This document shows, piece by piece, positions 41,016 through 50,391 of a DNA stretch of 64,000 bases (position 1 is the first letter of the stretch; each line of letters starts with the position of its first letter). Source of the DNA: an uncultured Acidobacteriota bacterium (GTDB taxonomy: Bacteria > Acidobacteriota > UBA6911); assembly GCA_963809485.1 (NCBI GenBank), contig CAWEJX010000020.1, positions 288,001 through 352,000 of the forward strand. Direction: 5' to 3'. The notes beneath the pieces are model-generated. The model did not search any database. It saw only the letters and a program-made list of their open reading frames with translations, and was not told the DNA's origin. A program made the translations under genes and the position numbers.

Positions 41016-41774
41016 CTATTCCTTCCTAAGCGTTTTCTGTAGGGCTTCCACTCTCCGGCGATTCTCTTCGGTCCCGATAAAGCTCCTCAACATCCTCTCC
41101 TGGGCGCGCATGGAGCGGTCCAGGTCGGAATGAATCACCATGTGGCTGAGGGCTTTCGTCTCGATCAGCGTCCTTCGGTCATAGCCCGCCATTTCAAAGG
41201 CAGCCGACATGGCGGACTTGAGGAACTGCCCTTCCGGGAAAACCCGGCTCAAGTATCCCATGCGCAGAGCTTCTTCAGCGCCGTATATCCTTCCCGTGAG
41301 CGCAACTTCGCGGGCATTGCCCAATCCGATGATGCGCCACAGGGGATCCAACAGGGGCGTCAAGGCGAGCGGCACCTCGCGCTGGCCGAACCGGGCCCCG
41401 GCGGAGGCATACCGGATGTCGCACATAAGAGTAAGGTCAAATCCTCCGGCAATGGCCGCTCCGCCAACCGCCGCTATAACGGGCACAGGGCAAAACAGAA
41501 TCGCCCTGCAGGCTCGATGATACAGGCTGCAAAAATGAGCGCTGTCATCTTTTTCGATTCTGCGGATATAGTCCAGATCCAGGCCGGCACTGAAAACCTT
41601 TTCGCCGCCGGTCAACACGATTACATGGACCGTTTCATCGGCGCCGTACCGCTCGAACGCAGACTCTATCTCCCCCAACATGGCGGGCAACAACGCATTA
41701 TGCTTCTCCGGACGGTTCATCAGGATTGTGGCAACCCTTCTTTCAACCGAATTTCGTATAAACCGGAATCCCAT
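41016..41774 (-). CDS. Enoyl-CoA hydratase/isomerase family protein
   Basis: NRPEKHNA, FSAGLD, P.IAAV.G.AIAGG, CDIR. Confidence 0.85.
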   Translation of the reverse strand: MGFRFIRNSVERRVATILMNRPEKHNALLPAMLGEIESAFERYGADETVHVIVLTGGEKVFSAGLDLDYIRRIEKDDSAHFCSLYHRACRAILFCPVPVIAAVGGAAIAGGFDLTLMCDIRYASAGARFGQREVPLALTPLLDPLWRIIGLGNAREVALTGRIYGAEEALRMGYLSRVFPEGQFLKSAMSAAFEMAGYDRRTLIETKALSHMVIHSDLDRSMRAQERMLRSFIGTEENRRRVEALQKTLRKE

Positions 41775-41993
41775 TTCCCCTCCTTGCAGTCCCGGGCGTG
41801 GCTGCGCGTCCCCAGATTACAGCGGCTCGTGATCCCGCCCAATGTCATTGTATGCGGCCCGCAAGGCCTCCAGGAACCCGAAAATGCTCCTGGATGGATG
41901 TGCCTCTCAAGGACCGTTGCAGATTGCGGGGCAATTGTCTTGCCGGCACGGCTCGTGCTAAAATATCAGAAAAACCGGATTAGGGAGGACATT

Positions 41994-42734
41994 ATGCACT
42001 CTACGGGATCCGGAGAGACTTATGGGAGCGCCCACATCACAGAGCGCCAGATATGGCTCCATGATGTGCAACAAAAGGCATCCCAGCCAAGCCCTGCGGA
42101 AAAATCATCCAATTACAGATTTTTGACCATATCCCGCCTGATAGGCAGTCTGGGCGATCAGGTCGCCGGCGAGCTGGCGCATCGCCTGGGCTGGCATGTT
42201 TACGACAAGGAAATTGTCGACGCCATAGCGGAGGACAACCGCGTTCGTCAGAACCTTGTGGAGGAACTCGACGAACGCTCTCAGAATCTGGTGCACGACA
42301 CGGTTCAGCGTTTTTTGCGAATGGCCGAGGGCCACTCCTTCGGAATACAGGAATATCATGAAGCCCTGCTGAAGACGCTTGCATTGCTTGCCGCAAGAGG
42401 GCAAGCCGTGCTGGTCGGACGCGGCGCCAACTTTGTGCTGCATGGCGCCGGCTGCGGTATCCACGTTCGCATTACAGCGGATACGGATGTCAGAATTCAG
42501 CGAATGGCCAAGGCGTGGGATACGTCTCCCGAAAATGCCCGCCGCAGGCTGCAGCAAATGGACAAGGACCGCCGCGATTTCATCCGCCAGCACTTCAGGC
42601 AGGACCCCGACGATCCTCGCTTCTATGACGCGGTCTTTCGAACGGACATCCTCTCCGTTCAGGAAGTGGCGGACGCGGTTCTCGCTCTTTTGAGCGGCTT
42701 CGGCGAACGCCATGCCGAGTCCAGGCGCCGGTGA
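41994..42734 (+). CDS. Cytidylate kinase-like family protein
   Basis: TISRLIGSLG, YDKEI, VLVGRGANF, D..R..F...F......YD; RBS agggagg. Confidence 0.82.
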   Translation: MHSTGSGETYGSAHITERQIWLHDVQQKASQPSPAEKSSNYRFLTISRLIGSLGDQVAGELAHRLGWHVYDKEIVDAIAEDNRVRQNLVEELDERSQNLVHDTVQRFLRMAEGHSFGIQEYHEALLKTLALLAARGQAVLVGRGANFVLHGAGCGIHVRITADTDVRIQRMAKAWDTSPENARRRLQQMDKDRRDFIRQHFRQDPDDPRFYDAVFRTDILSVQEVADAVLALLSGFGERHAESRRR

Positions 42735-42898
42735 ACCCTCGGCCCCGTGTCATAGCGCACGGATTTTCAGTAGATCTCCGCAGATTTCAATCTGTGAAGA
42801 TGGAGGTTGTTGTGTGCCCGATTCGTTGGCTTTGTGTAAACAAGAGCCGAAAGCGCAGCCCAGGAAAGTCTTCCCGGTTTCGGGCTTCCAAGCCAATT

Positions 42899-43216
42899 TC
42901 AAACACATCCTGTCGGCTTGGCGACGCCGGCCCATTTGCAGGCGGAATCCGCCGGGCCGTTTGGAAATAGGGTCCACAACTGCTTCAGACTTAAGCCCGT
43001 TTCCTTGACCAGCCTGCGGATCATGGGGCAGATTCCGTTTTCCATGTAATAGCCCCTCAGATAGTTGATGGCCTTCCAGTGGTCCTCGGTCAACTCCGTG
43101 ACCCCCTCAAAAGAGGCAAAGGCCCTGGCGATGCCCTCATGCCATCGCTCCGGCGTCTGCAGGAAACCCTTTCCGTCAACCTCGTATGTCACCCCTTCAA
43201 TTTCTATGGACGGCAT
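42899..43216 (-). CDS. dsrC: DsrC/TusE family sulfur carrier with both C-terminal cysteines
   Basis: DGKGFL, LTEDHW..INYLR.YY, LFPNGP..SACKWAGVAKPTGCV (Cx10C-terminal pattern). Confidence 0.88.
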   Translation of the reverse strand: MPSIEIEGVTYEVDGKGFLQTPERWHEGIARAFASFEGVTELTEDHWKAINYLRGYYMENGICPMIRRLVKETGLSLKQLWTLFPNGPADSACKWAGVAKPTGCV

Positions 43217-43332
43217 GGCAATCACCTCTCCGCAACAATTTCTTAATTCGTGCTGTCATCATGAACGATCCGTTATCCAGCGGATCGATTCCATACTGCT
43301 TCTGCTTCTCAGTTTCAATTCCTTCCCGGTCC

Positions 43333-44946
43333 CTAATGCTCCTCCCACTGAAGGAAAGGTTCGCGAATGTCGACCATGGCGTTGACAATAAGTTCTGCCA
43401 GGCCGCCGTGATGGATATTGGACTTCTCCCGAACGCCGTAGTGTCTGAAAATGTCCCGGAACTGGTTTTTGCAGTTGAGGCACGGCGCACAAACATACTT
43501 CCGCTTCTCCGGACCGGGCTGGTCGCTGAAAGCCTCAAGGATCTGCTTGAGCTTCAACCGGCCGGCGACAATCGCCCGCCAGTCGGCAAAGTTGTTCTCC
43601 GACATGAGCACCAGTCCCCCTCCACCGCCGCAGCAGTAGTTCTCAATCCCATGGGGCGTCATCTCCCGGAACTGAGGGCAGAGGTAGCGGAGTATGCGCC
43701 GCTGAGGCTCCACAATGCCCAGGTTGCGCACGATGTTGCAAGGGTCATGCAGGGTAACCGGAAAATTGTTTTTTGAAGGATCGAACTTGATTTTGCCGCT
43801 GAAAACGATGTGTTCGAGAAACGCCATCACACTTTCCCGGCGGATGTTCAGATCGCCGATAAGAAGCCTGTCCGAAACTGCCAGCGCCGCCTTGTGCTGA
43901 TGGCCGCACTCTCCCATGACGATCTTCCCTACCTTGAGCTTCTTGGCGATCTGCGCGTGCCGGACAGCAATTTTGGCGAACTGGATATCGTCGTAAAACA
44001 GTCCATAGTTCACTCCATCGTACCCGAGCTTTTCCGAGGAAAGCGTCCACTTGATGCCCGCCGAACGGCATAGAATCGCAAACGCCGCCAGGCCTGCGGG
44101 GTAGGCGAGCATTTCTCCGGCGCTGTGCAGAAGCATTACGTCCGCGCCTTCCTCGTCCCATGGGCTCGCAACCTCGACGCCGGTGATCTCGGAAAAATCT
44201 TCATCGATGAATTGGACATTGTCTTTGGCCACACGCGGTTTCATGCCGGAGGGAGACCCGGCCTCCAGGTGCAGCACCGTCCCTTTCGCGTGCAGTTCCG
44301 GGGGCGCCCAACCCAGTTCCTGGCTGAACACCTTGCGCATCTCACGGGTCAGCAGGGCGTTGTCAACCGCCATGGGGCAGGACTGAGCGCACCTCCGGCA
44401 GAGGGTGCATCGATAGCTTAATTCGTACAGCCTGCTGAGAGTTGTCCAATTGAGGTCAACGTCGTTTCCGCCAAGCTTCGCCCGCAGCCGGCCTCCCGGC
44501 TTTGCATATTTTCCAACCAGGCGACGGAAAACCTCCGTGCGCCAGGTCGGCCGGTAAAGCGGGTTCCTGCCGCTTGCCACGTAGACCGGACATGCATCCG
44601 AGCAGGTCTGGCACCGGGCACAGTAGTCCAGAGAGAGCAGGAGGGGCTGGAGGAATGTCCAGTTGTTCTCCCGGGACAAAAGCTTTTTCATCCCGGAAAT
44701 AAATTTTTCGATGTCTTTGTTCTTTTCCGCTTCGCTCCTGCCGGCGGGGAGGTTAAGGGCAACGACGCCGTCGAGATTGCAGACAAACGCCTTCCTCTGT
44801 TCGTCGGTAAGAGTTTTCCAAAGGTTCTGCTCCTCGATCCTGTCGTAGGGCGAAGGCAGAGGCACAAGGTCGTCGACGCGTATCCCCGTGAGTACCCGAT
44901 CTCCATCCTTTGCGATATCCGCCAGTTTAAGGATTCGTTTTTTCAT
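43333..44946 (-). CDS. dsrK: DsrK/HdrD-like Fe-S, CCG-domain heterodisulfide reductase catalytic subunit
   Basis: CARCQTCSDACP, CTLCRRCAQSCP, GECGH, HDPCN, CCGGGGG, CAPCLNC. Confidence 0.82.
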   Translation of the reverse strand: MKKRILKLADIAKDGDRVLTGIRVDDLVPLPSPYDRIEEQNLWKTLTDEQRKAFVCNLDGVVALNLPAGRSEAEKNKDIEKFISGMKKLLSRENNWTFLQPLLLSLDYCARCQTCSDACPVYVASGRNPLYRPTWRTEVFRRLVGKYAKPGGRLRAKLGGNDVDLNWTTLSRLYELSYRCTLCRRCAQSCPMAVDNALLTREMRKVFSQELGWAPPELHAKGTVLHLEAGSPSGMKPRVAKDNVQFIDEDFSEITGVEVASPWDEEGADVMLLHSAGEMLAYPAGLAAFAILCRSAGIKWTLSSEKLGYDGVNYGLFYDDIQFAKIAVRHAQIAKKLKVGKIVMGECGHQHKAALAVSDRLLIGDLNIRRESVMAFLEHIVFSGKIKFDPSKNNFPVTLHDPCNIVRNLGIVEPQRRILRYLCPQFREMTPHGIENYCCGGGGGLVLMSENNFADWRAIVAGRLKLKQILEAFSDQPGPEKRKYVCAPCLNCKNQFRDIFRHYGVREKSNIHHGGLAELIVNAMVDIREPFLQWEEH

Positions 44947-45841
44947 TCCCAGCCTTTTCGGCAACCACCTCCGCCCAGTTTCTTCCTCTGCCTGGATCTG
45001 CCGTATCCCACTCAACCGACTCAGACATCAGGTCATTCAATCGTCGTTCCATCCTGCTGTCCAGAGGGGCGTCGTTCCACATCACGCTGTGGTAGGTGAA
45101 GTATTTCGCAGCGAAGTGGACCATGTTCGTGAACGGCAGGCAAATGCAGAACAAGCAGAACAGGATAACGTGCACCACGAACGGCGCAGAGATTCCCGGT
45201 GCCGCATTGAACGCAACGAATCCCCGGATCAGGCGATCGGCTTCATGCACGCGATCGCCCGAAAAAAGCCATGCCCAGGCTCCGCTTCCGAAAACCGCAG
45301 CCAGAAGAAGGAGGTTGAAATACGCGCCTGCAGAACTGAACGGGCTCAACTCCGGATCCAAATGCCGTTTCAGCAGCAGGCCAACCGCTCCTGCAATGCC
45401 AAGCAAGTAGGAGCAAAAGGCGGCCATTGAAGCAATATTCAGACATGCTCCGGAAAAAGCCGTCCTGGGTTGCGAAGGAAATGGCAGCGAAATCGCGTGA
45501 AAAAACAGCGCCGCGAAAAAGAGATAAATGCCCAGGTGAAGCGCAAAGGAAAGGGGCCAGAGAGACCGGTTATGTAAACGAATGCTGCGCAGAAAAAAGA
45601 TCTCCCTGGCCATGTAAATCAGAGGAGCAATAGTGGATTTCTCCCGCGATTTTTTCCACCATTCGTACTCTTCGAGATAGGATCCCCCGTAACTGCCTCT
45701 GGATTTTTCCCGGGGAATTGGCGCCAGCTCCCATCGAAGGTGAACCGGCTGGCGCGCAAGAACCAGCACACGCCAGAAAATCCCGATCAGAGAGAGAGCC
45801 ACCGCGCCCCATACAAAGGCAACCAGCAAAACACCTGACAT
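44927..45841 (-). CDS. dsrM: DsrM/NarI-like membrane cytochrome b subunit
   Basis: PVHLRWELAPIP, M.REIFFL, H.GIY, several TM helices, H......LPFTNMVHF; overlaps dsrK. Confidence 0.78.
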   Translation of the reverse strand: MSGVLLVAFVWGAVALSLIGIFWRVLVLARQPVHLRWELAPIPREKSRGSYGGSYLEEYEWWKKSREKSTIAPLIYMAREIFFLRSIRLHNRSLWPLSFALHLGIYLFFAALFFHAISLPFPSQPRTAFSGACLNIASMAAFCSYLLGIAGAVGLLLKRHLDPELSPFSSAGAYFNLLLLAAVFGSGAWAWLFSGDRVHEADRLIRGFVAFNAAPGISAPFVVHVILFCLFCICLPFTNMVHFAAKYFTYHSVMWNDAPLDSRMERRLNDLMSESVEWDTADPGRGRNWAEVVAEKAGNEKTNP

Positions 45842-45936
45842 CAAAATACCTTGAATGCCTTTCTCTGCCGCCGGGATCCCAGTCAGAGATTGCCGGAATT
45901 CCCCAGCGGCTTTTCAGCAGGAGACGCCGTATCCCG

Positions 45937-46569
45937 CTACTCTTGCATAGAATCGATCATGAACTCCGCCGCCAGACGGACGCCTATGCCGGGCGGCAAA
46001 CCGCATCGCTCGAAGCCTTTCTCCGCCACAAAGGTCGCCATCGAGGCATCGCTTTGTCCGGGATTTAATTTGTGCCCGAGTATCACGGTCTCGATGATGT
46101 CCGCGCAATAAAGGTGGCCGATCTCATCCTCAAAAAACGCCATGAACTTCTGGCCCTTCATGATCGTGCGGTGCATCGCCTCCGGGTCGAGCCGGTCATC
46201 CCCTCCGTAGAAAAGGCCGAAAGCGATGAGGCTGCCCGTGATGCCCCCGCAGATCTCCCCCGAGGACGCGACGCCGGGAAAAGGAGTCAGGGCCTTGATC
46301 ACATCCATATTGCCCAGCCCGAATTCCTCCATCAGGGCAAGCGCCGTGCCCTGGGCACAGTTTTTGAGGATGAAGTTGTACTCCTCGGCCCGAAGCTGCA
46401 CACGGTCCAGGATCTCCCGTTTATTAGCCAGCATTTCCTTCGGATCGAGCTTCTTTCTGGGAATGCCTTCCGCCGAGAGCTTGCGGATCCTGGCCTGGAG
46501 TCCCTCGACATCCCAGATCCGATTTCCCAGCTCATCCGCTTTTCTCATCAGTGCGGCGTTATCTGCCAT
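45937..46569 (-). CDS. C-GCAxxG-C-C family putative redox protein
   Basis: NCAQGT, GEICGGITG, LYCADI, ERCG spacing. Confidence 0.82.
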   Translation of the reverse strand: MADNAALMRKADELGNRIWDVEGLQARIRKLSAEGIPRKKLDPKEMLANKREILDRVQLRAEEYNFILKNCAQGTALALMEEFGLGNMDVIKALTPFPGVASSGEICGGITGSLIAFGLFYGGDDRLDPEAMHRTIMKGQKFMAFFEDEIGHLYCADIIETVILGHKLNPGQSDASMATFVAEKGFERCGLPPGIGVRLAAEFMIDSMQE

Positions 46570-46832
46570 AAAAAATCTCCTCAAACAATTCCATCATCTC
46601 CACCGGCAACCATTCTAATCTCATTTGGCAGGTATTTCAAAACAGACAGGAGAGCAAAAATCGCGCAAAAAGCTTTCTGTAACGCCAAAAATGCACGTCT
46701 GTGAACATACCGTCGTTCAGAAGTCAGACCATCTGTCGACGGTCTTTGAAACTCGCGAGATTGCGATGACCCTGATGCGCGCGCTGCAAAAGCGGCACGC
46801 GGCATCAGAGCCAAGTTGCCGCAACGGGATCA

Positions 46833-47339
46833 TTACTGCTTCGGCGGTTTTGGAGTCCCGTAGGAAGTCGACAGGGATACCTCAATAAATACAATCGGTT
46901 TCTCAGGGCTGACGTTTTTGACGCTGATTGGGCAGTGTACCTGTCCACGCGGCATCGAAACGCAGCCGGGCTTTGTGAGAACGTGCTTTTCATCGCCTAT
47001 GGTGTATTCAACGACCGCGCTGAAATCGGTTATATCCAGGGGATTGCCCCCGATAAAGCAGAGAGCTTCCTCGAAATCATGGGAATGCGGCTTATCGAAG
47101 CTTATGGGCTTCGCCAGGCAGTGGTAGCAAAAGCTGACGTTACCCTGCAACTTACCATCGCGGGCCACGATAGACGTTCCCGTATAATGCGCTATTTTCG
47201 CGTGAATATTATCTGTCAGGACGTATTTCCCAAATTTCGTGCCATCCCCTGCCTGTTGCGAAAAAGCACCAACTCCAACCCACACCATCAAGCCCGCCAA
47301 TGACATCGCAACCAGCAATATTTTGGTTCGCTTTTTCAT
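46833..47339 (-). CDS. Secreted cupin-like hypothetical protein
   Basis: Signal peptide; PHSHDFEE.LCF.GGNP.D, P.G..HCP. Confidence 0.7.
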   Translation of the reverse strand: MKKRTKILLVAMSLAGLMVWVGVGAFSQQAGDGTKFGKYVLTDNIHAKIAHYTGTSIVARDGKLQGNVSFCYHCLAKPISFDKPHSHDFEEALCFIGGNPLDITDFSAVVEYTIGDEKHVLTKPGCVSMPRGQVHCPISVKNVSPEKPIVFIEVSLSTSYGTPKPPKQ

Positions 47340-47615
47340 GATCCTATCCTCTCTTCCCTTTGGGATTTCTTTCTCGATCTATTCTGGAATATGCCGCATT
47401 TCGCTTTCCCGATGCTTCCAGGGGCGCCAGGACGCTTCAATGACAGTGGCCGGCCGCCTATCATATCAGAATCGGAATCCGGTCACTACTGTGCCGGCGC
47501 ACGTTCGTTCGGCCTGAATGCCGGCATCGATATATTCAAAGCCGGAAACAGACCTGCCGACAGATTTTGCACCTTCTTCGAACAGCCCTCGATAGATGGA
47601 ATCCATAGGTCCGTC

Positions 47616-48533
47616 TTATGAGATCCCTTTATCTTCCAGCGCATGGATCAATTCAACCACGAATTCATGGCTGGGAACCGGGACATTGTTTCGTTTGCCT
47701 GCTGCCAGGACGTAACCGCTGATGGCATCCACTTCCGTTGTGCGCCCGTCACGAATATCCGCGTAAATCGAAGCATAGCCCCCGCGGGCATTTTCGAGCA
47801 ATGTGCGGATGTCCCTCTGGATGCTTTCTTCTTCCAATCCCATTCCCTCCGCATTGGCCACGGCTACTGCCTCCCGGACCAATCGTTCGGTTAAAAGAAC
47901 TGCCGGTCTGCTTTCCAGCAAAAAACCCAATCGGGTCTGCAAAATTGCCGTCAGCGCACTAGCGGATGCGTTAAAAAAAAGCTTCTCCCAAATCCTTCTC
48001 CGTATGTTTTCTGAGATCTCCGTTTCAATACCGCATCGATTCATGGTTTGTTCAATCGGTTTCAGCCGGTTTCTGTCGCCCGCTACGGGACCGATAAAGG
48101 TCTTCCCCGCGCCGCCATGCGAGATAACGCCTGGTTCAACGATGGAGCTGTTATGCTGTGTGGTCCCCACGATAATCTGCTCTTCAGCAGCAAATTCTCT
48201 TAAAACCGCGTCATGTCCGGATCCATTCTGCAACGACATCAGGAAGGTTGTTGGGCCCGCCAATCTGCGGCAAGCCTCAAGGGCGATCCTCGAATCCATG
48301 GCCTTGACCCAAAGCATTGCGAGTTCCATTTCCCCAAGGCCTTCTGGAGAACAGGCCGCTCTCGCGTGTGCTTGGAGGCGACTCCCGCCGGGTTCCCGGA
48401 TGGAGATCCCGTTTTTGTTTATTTCATCAACCCTCGCCTTATCCGTATCGATCAGCAAGACGTGGTTGCCCCTGGACAGATAGCCGCCGAAAAGCATTCC
48501 CATGGCGCCGGCACCTATGATTGCTATTTTCAA
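47616..48533 (-). CDS. panE: 2-dehydropantoate 2-reductase (ApbA/PanE family)
   Basis: GAGAMG, VK, LQNG, IWEKL..N, S...D...GR.TEVD.I.G; TTG start after gggagg. Confidence 0.87.
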   Translation of the reverse strand: MKIAIIGAGAMGMLFGGYLSRGNHVLLIDTDKARVDEINKNGISIREPGGSRLQAHARAACSPEGLGEMELAMLWVKAMDSRIALEACRRLAGPTTFLMSLQNGSGHDAVLREFAAEEQIIVGTTQHNSSIVEPGVISHGGAGKTFIGPVAGDRNRLKPIEQTMNRCGIETEISENIRRRIWEKLFFNASASALTAILQTRLGFLLESRPAVLLTERLVREAVAVANAEGMGLEEESIQRDIRTLLENARGGYASIYADIRDGRTTEVDAISGYVLAAGKRNNVPVPSHEFVVELIHALEDKGIS

Positions 48534-48551
48534 GATACCGCCTCCCGTTCT

Positions 48552-48756
48552 GATGAAAGAGGTTCCATGCGTTATAGATGTTTTGGAACCGCAGAAGGTC
48601 GAATAACGAATGATGAATCTCGAAGTGTAACGCTTGCTTCTGCAGTTCGAAATTCGACATTTGATATCCCAGTGCTTATCCTCCTGGTCATTGTCCGGAC
48701 CTGGAAACAACAAAATCCGGGATTGCCAGACTCGTACTGCCTCCCCGGCAGAGCCG
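48552..48756 (-). repeat. Dispersed repeat, copy 1 (IS200/IS605 left-end-like hairpin plus heptamer hairpin)
   Basis: Aligns by eye with 63456-63678 (gatgaaagaggttcca...gatgttttggaaccgcagaa...ttgtccggacctgg...ctcgtactgcctccccggcagagccg). Confidence 0.85.
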
Positions 48757-48908
48757 CAGGATTTCCGATGCATTCGCGGCGATGAATGCACAGAGGCAGA
48801 CTTCAGGACAAGAGACGGCGTAAAAGCCCTCTGTACGCCTTGAGGGCGGGCCTGTCCCCCTGGCATCGGCAAACACATCTATCAGTCCCGTCAGGTTTCC
48901 GGGACCGC

Positions 48909-49370
48909 CTATTTCTTTTTCTTTTCCGTGATCGCTTTTTTGTATTTTTCCGTCGGCCCTGTCGCGCAGTACCAGATCGGGTGGACTATCTTTCTGAAAT
49001 ATATGGGAGCATGCTTCACGCCGGCGGGGATGAAGACGGCGCAGCTTTTTGTAAGCATGTGTTTTTCACCGCCGATCCACAGCTCCACTTCGCCGCCAAG
49101 ATCATTCGGGTCTTCAGGATTGGTGCCGAGGAAAACGAGATATTCGTCGAATTTATGATCGTGCTCTTCCGCGGGACTGCCCTGGCCGGTGATTTTTTTC
49201 CACCACGCGGCCATGAAATAATAGGCGCCGGGGACCACTTCCTCATCAACATAGATGGGGAATTTTACAAACTCCTCCATGCGCTTTTTCTCTTCCGCAG
49301 TTTGGCCGGGAGGCCCCATATTCTCTTTTGGCCTGTCAATGATGTTCTTCGCGTATTTTGATTTTGCCAT
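48909..49370 (-). CDS. Cupin-like hypothetical protein (paralog of 46833-47339)
   Basis: EHDHKFDEYLVFLGTNP.DP.DLGGEVE, FIPAGVKHAP. Confidence 0.75.
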   Translation of the reverse strand: MAKSKYAKNIIDRPKENMGPPGQTAEEKKRMEEFVKFPIYVDEEVVPGAYYFMAAWWKKITGQGSPAEEHDHKFDEYLVFLGTNPEDPNDLGGEVELWIGGEKHMLTKSCAVFIPAGVKHAPIYFRKIVHPIWYCATGPTEKYKKAITEKKKK

Positions 49371-49645
49371 AGCAAAATTCCCCTTTCAGGTCCCGTTTCT
49401 GCAAACCGCGGGTCCCAGGCACGAGCAATGCACAAAGGCCCGCGAATCAGGATCCATTTTGTTCTGATGACGATAAATTGATTTTAGCCTCGCCGCTTGT
49501 CTACAGACAAACAATTTCCGCGTCCGGACGAACTCCCACATAGCCAGTTACATCCTGAAAATCAGGTTTTTTGTGGCTTCAAGCCGGGGATTATACGATA
49601 GTCTTTACTCTGCTCGAATCTGTTTATGAACCGGAGGATTTCCCT

Positions 49646-49984
49646 ATGCTCCGAATGCTGCTGCATTGGTTCGTTTCCGCCCTGGCGGTGTGGCTCACCT
49701 CTCGCGTTGTGCCCGGCTTTCAGGTAACGGGCGCAGCAGCCTCTCTGATAGCCGCCCTCGTGATCGGGTTGGTCAACGCCACCCTCGGGCTTGTTCTGAA
49801 GATCGTCACTTTCCCGCTCACCATCATCACCCTGGGATTGTTCTGGATTATCATAAACGCATTGATGCTGAAGCTTGCCTCGGCCTTTGTTCCCGGTTTT
49901 CACATACGGGGTTTTGCCGCGGCATTCCTTGGCGCGATCGTGCTCAGCCTGGTTAACATGCTGCTGAAGTGGCTGATACTGTAA
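49646..49984 (+). CDS. YvlD-like four-TM membrane protein (phage holin superfamily IV family)
   Basis: W.VSALA...VPGF, AALVIGLVNA, P.TIITLGLF..IINA.ML, GF.AAF.GA. Confidence 0.85.
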   Translation: MLRMLLHWFVSALAVWLTSRVVPGFQVTGAAASLIAALVIGLVNATLGLVLKIVTFPLTIITLGLFWIIINALMLKLASAFVPGFHIRGFAAAFLGAIVLSLVNMLLKWLIL

Positions 49985-50391
49985 CCGGGATGCCTCGGCG
50001 ATCCGGCACAGTTCAGGAACCACTTCGAGCCGTAAAGGCTTCTTACCGACAAGAATGTTCCGGCAGTGAATGCACTGTCGACCATTTCGCGCAGCCTATA
50101 GAATGCTCCATCGGGCGCGAAACATTCCATAGAAAGCTGACGCTCCATTTCATTGGCACATAGACGCACGCCTCAATCACAAAGGGGGGGTAAGCGGAGG
50201 AAGCGAAATACATCCTGGACATTCACCCATGAATGTTTTTTGCCCGGTTATGGCAGTCATCGTCGGCTCAATTTTCATCAGAGAATTGATATTGAGGTCC
50301 CATCGGAAAAGGCAAAGGAGGCGGTTTGATGACCGGCAAAACTGAGGCTATAAATCTGGATCTGGGCTGGTGTGGAAAAAGGAATTCAGGG

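Noticed and set aside
41130-41993. N-terminal extension making a 534-aa ORF for the cytidylate-kinase-like gene
   Set aside because: It overlaps the enoyl-CoA hydratase on the opposite strand; a strong RBS supports the start at 41994
45937-46569. Selenocysteine recoding in the C-GCAxxG-C-C or Dsr-like genes
   Set aside because: All the motif positions are ordinary Cys codons and no in-frame TGA interrupts these ORFs
48534-48878. N-terminal extension of panE, and the similar ORFs at 63285-63696
   Set aside because: These are translations of the non-coding dispersed repeat; the Rossmann motif begins at 48533
49646-49984. Prophage suggested by a holin-family gene (and by the excisionase-like HTH at about 62000)
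   Set aside because: No integrase, terminase, capsid or lysin genes are present; this 4-TM family is common in non-phage contexts
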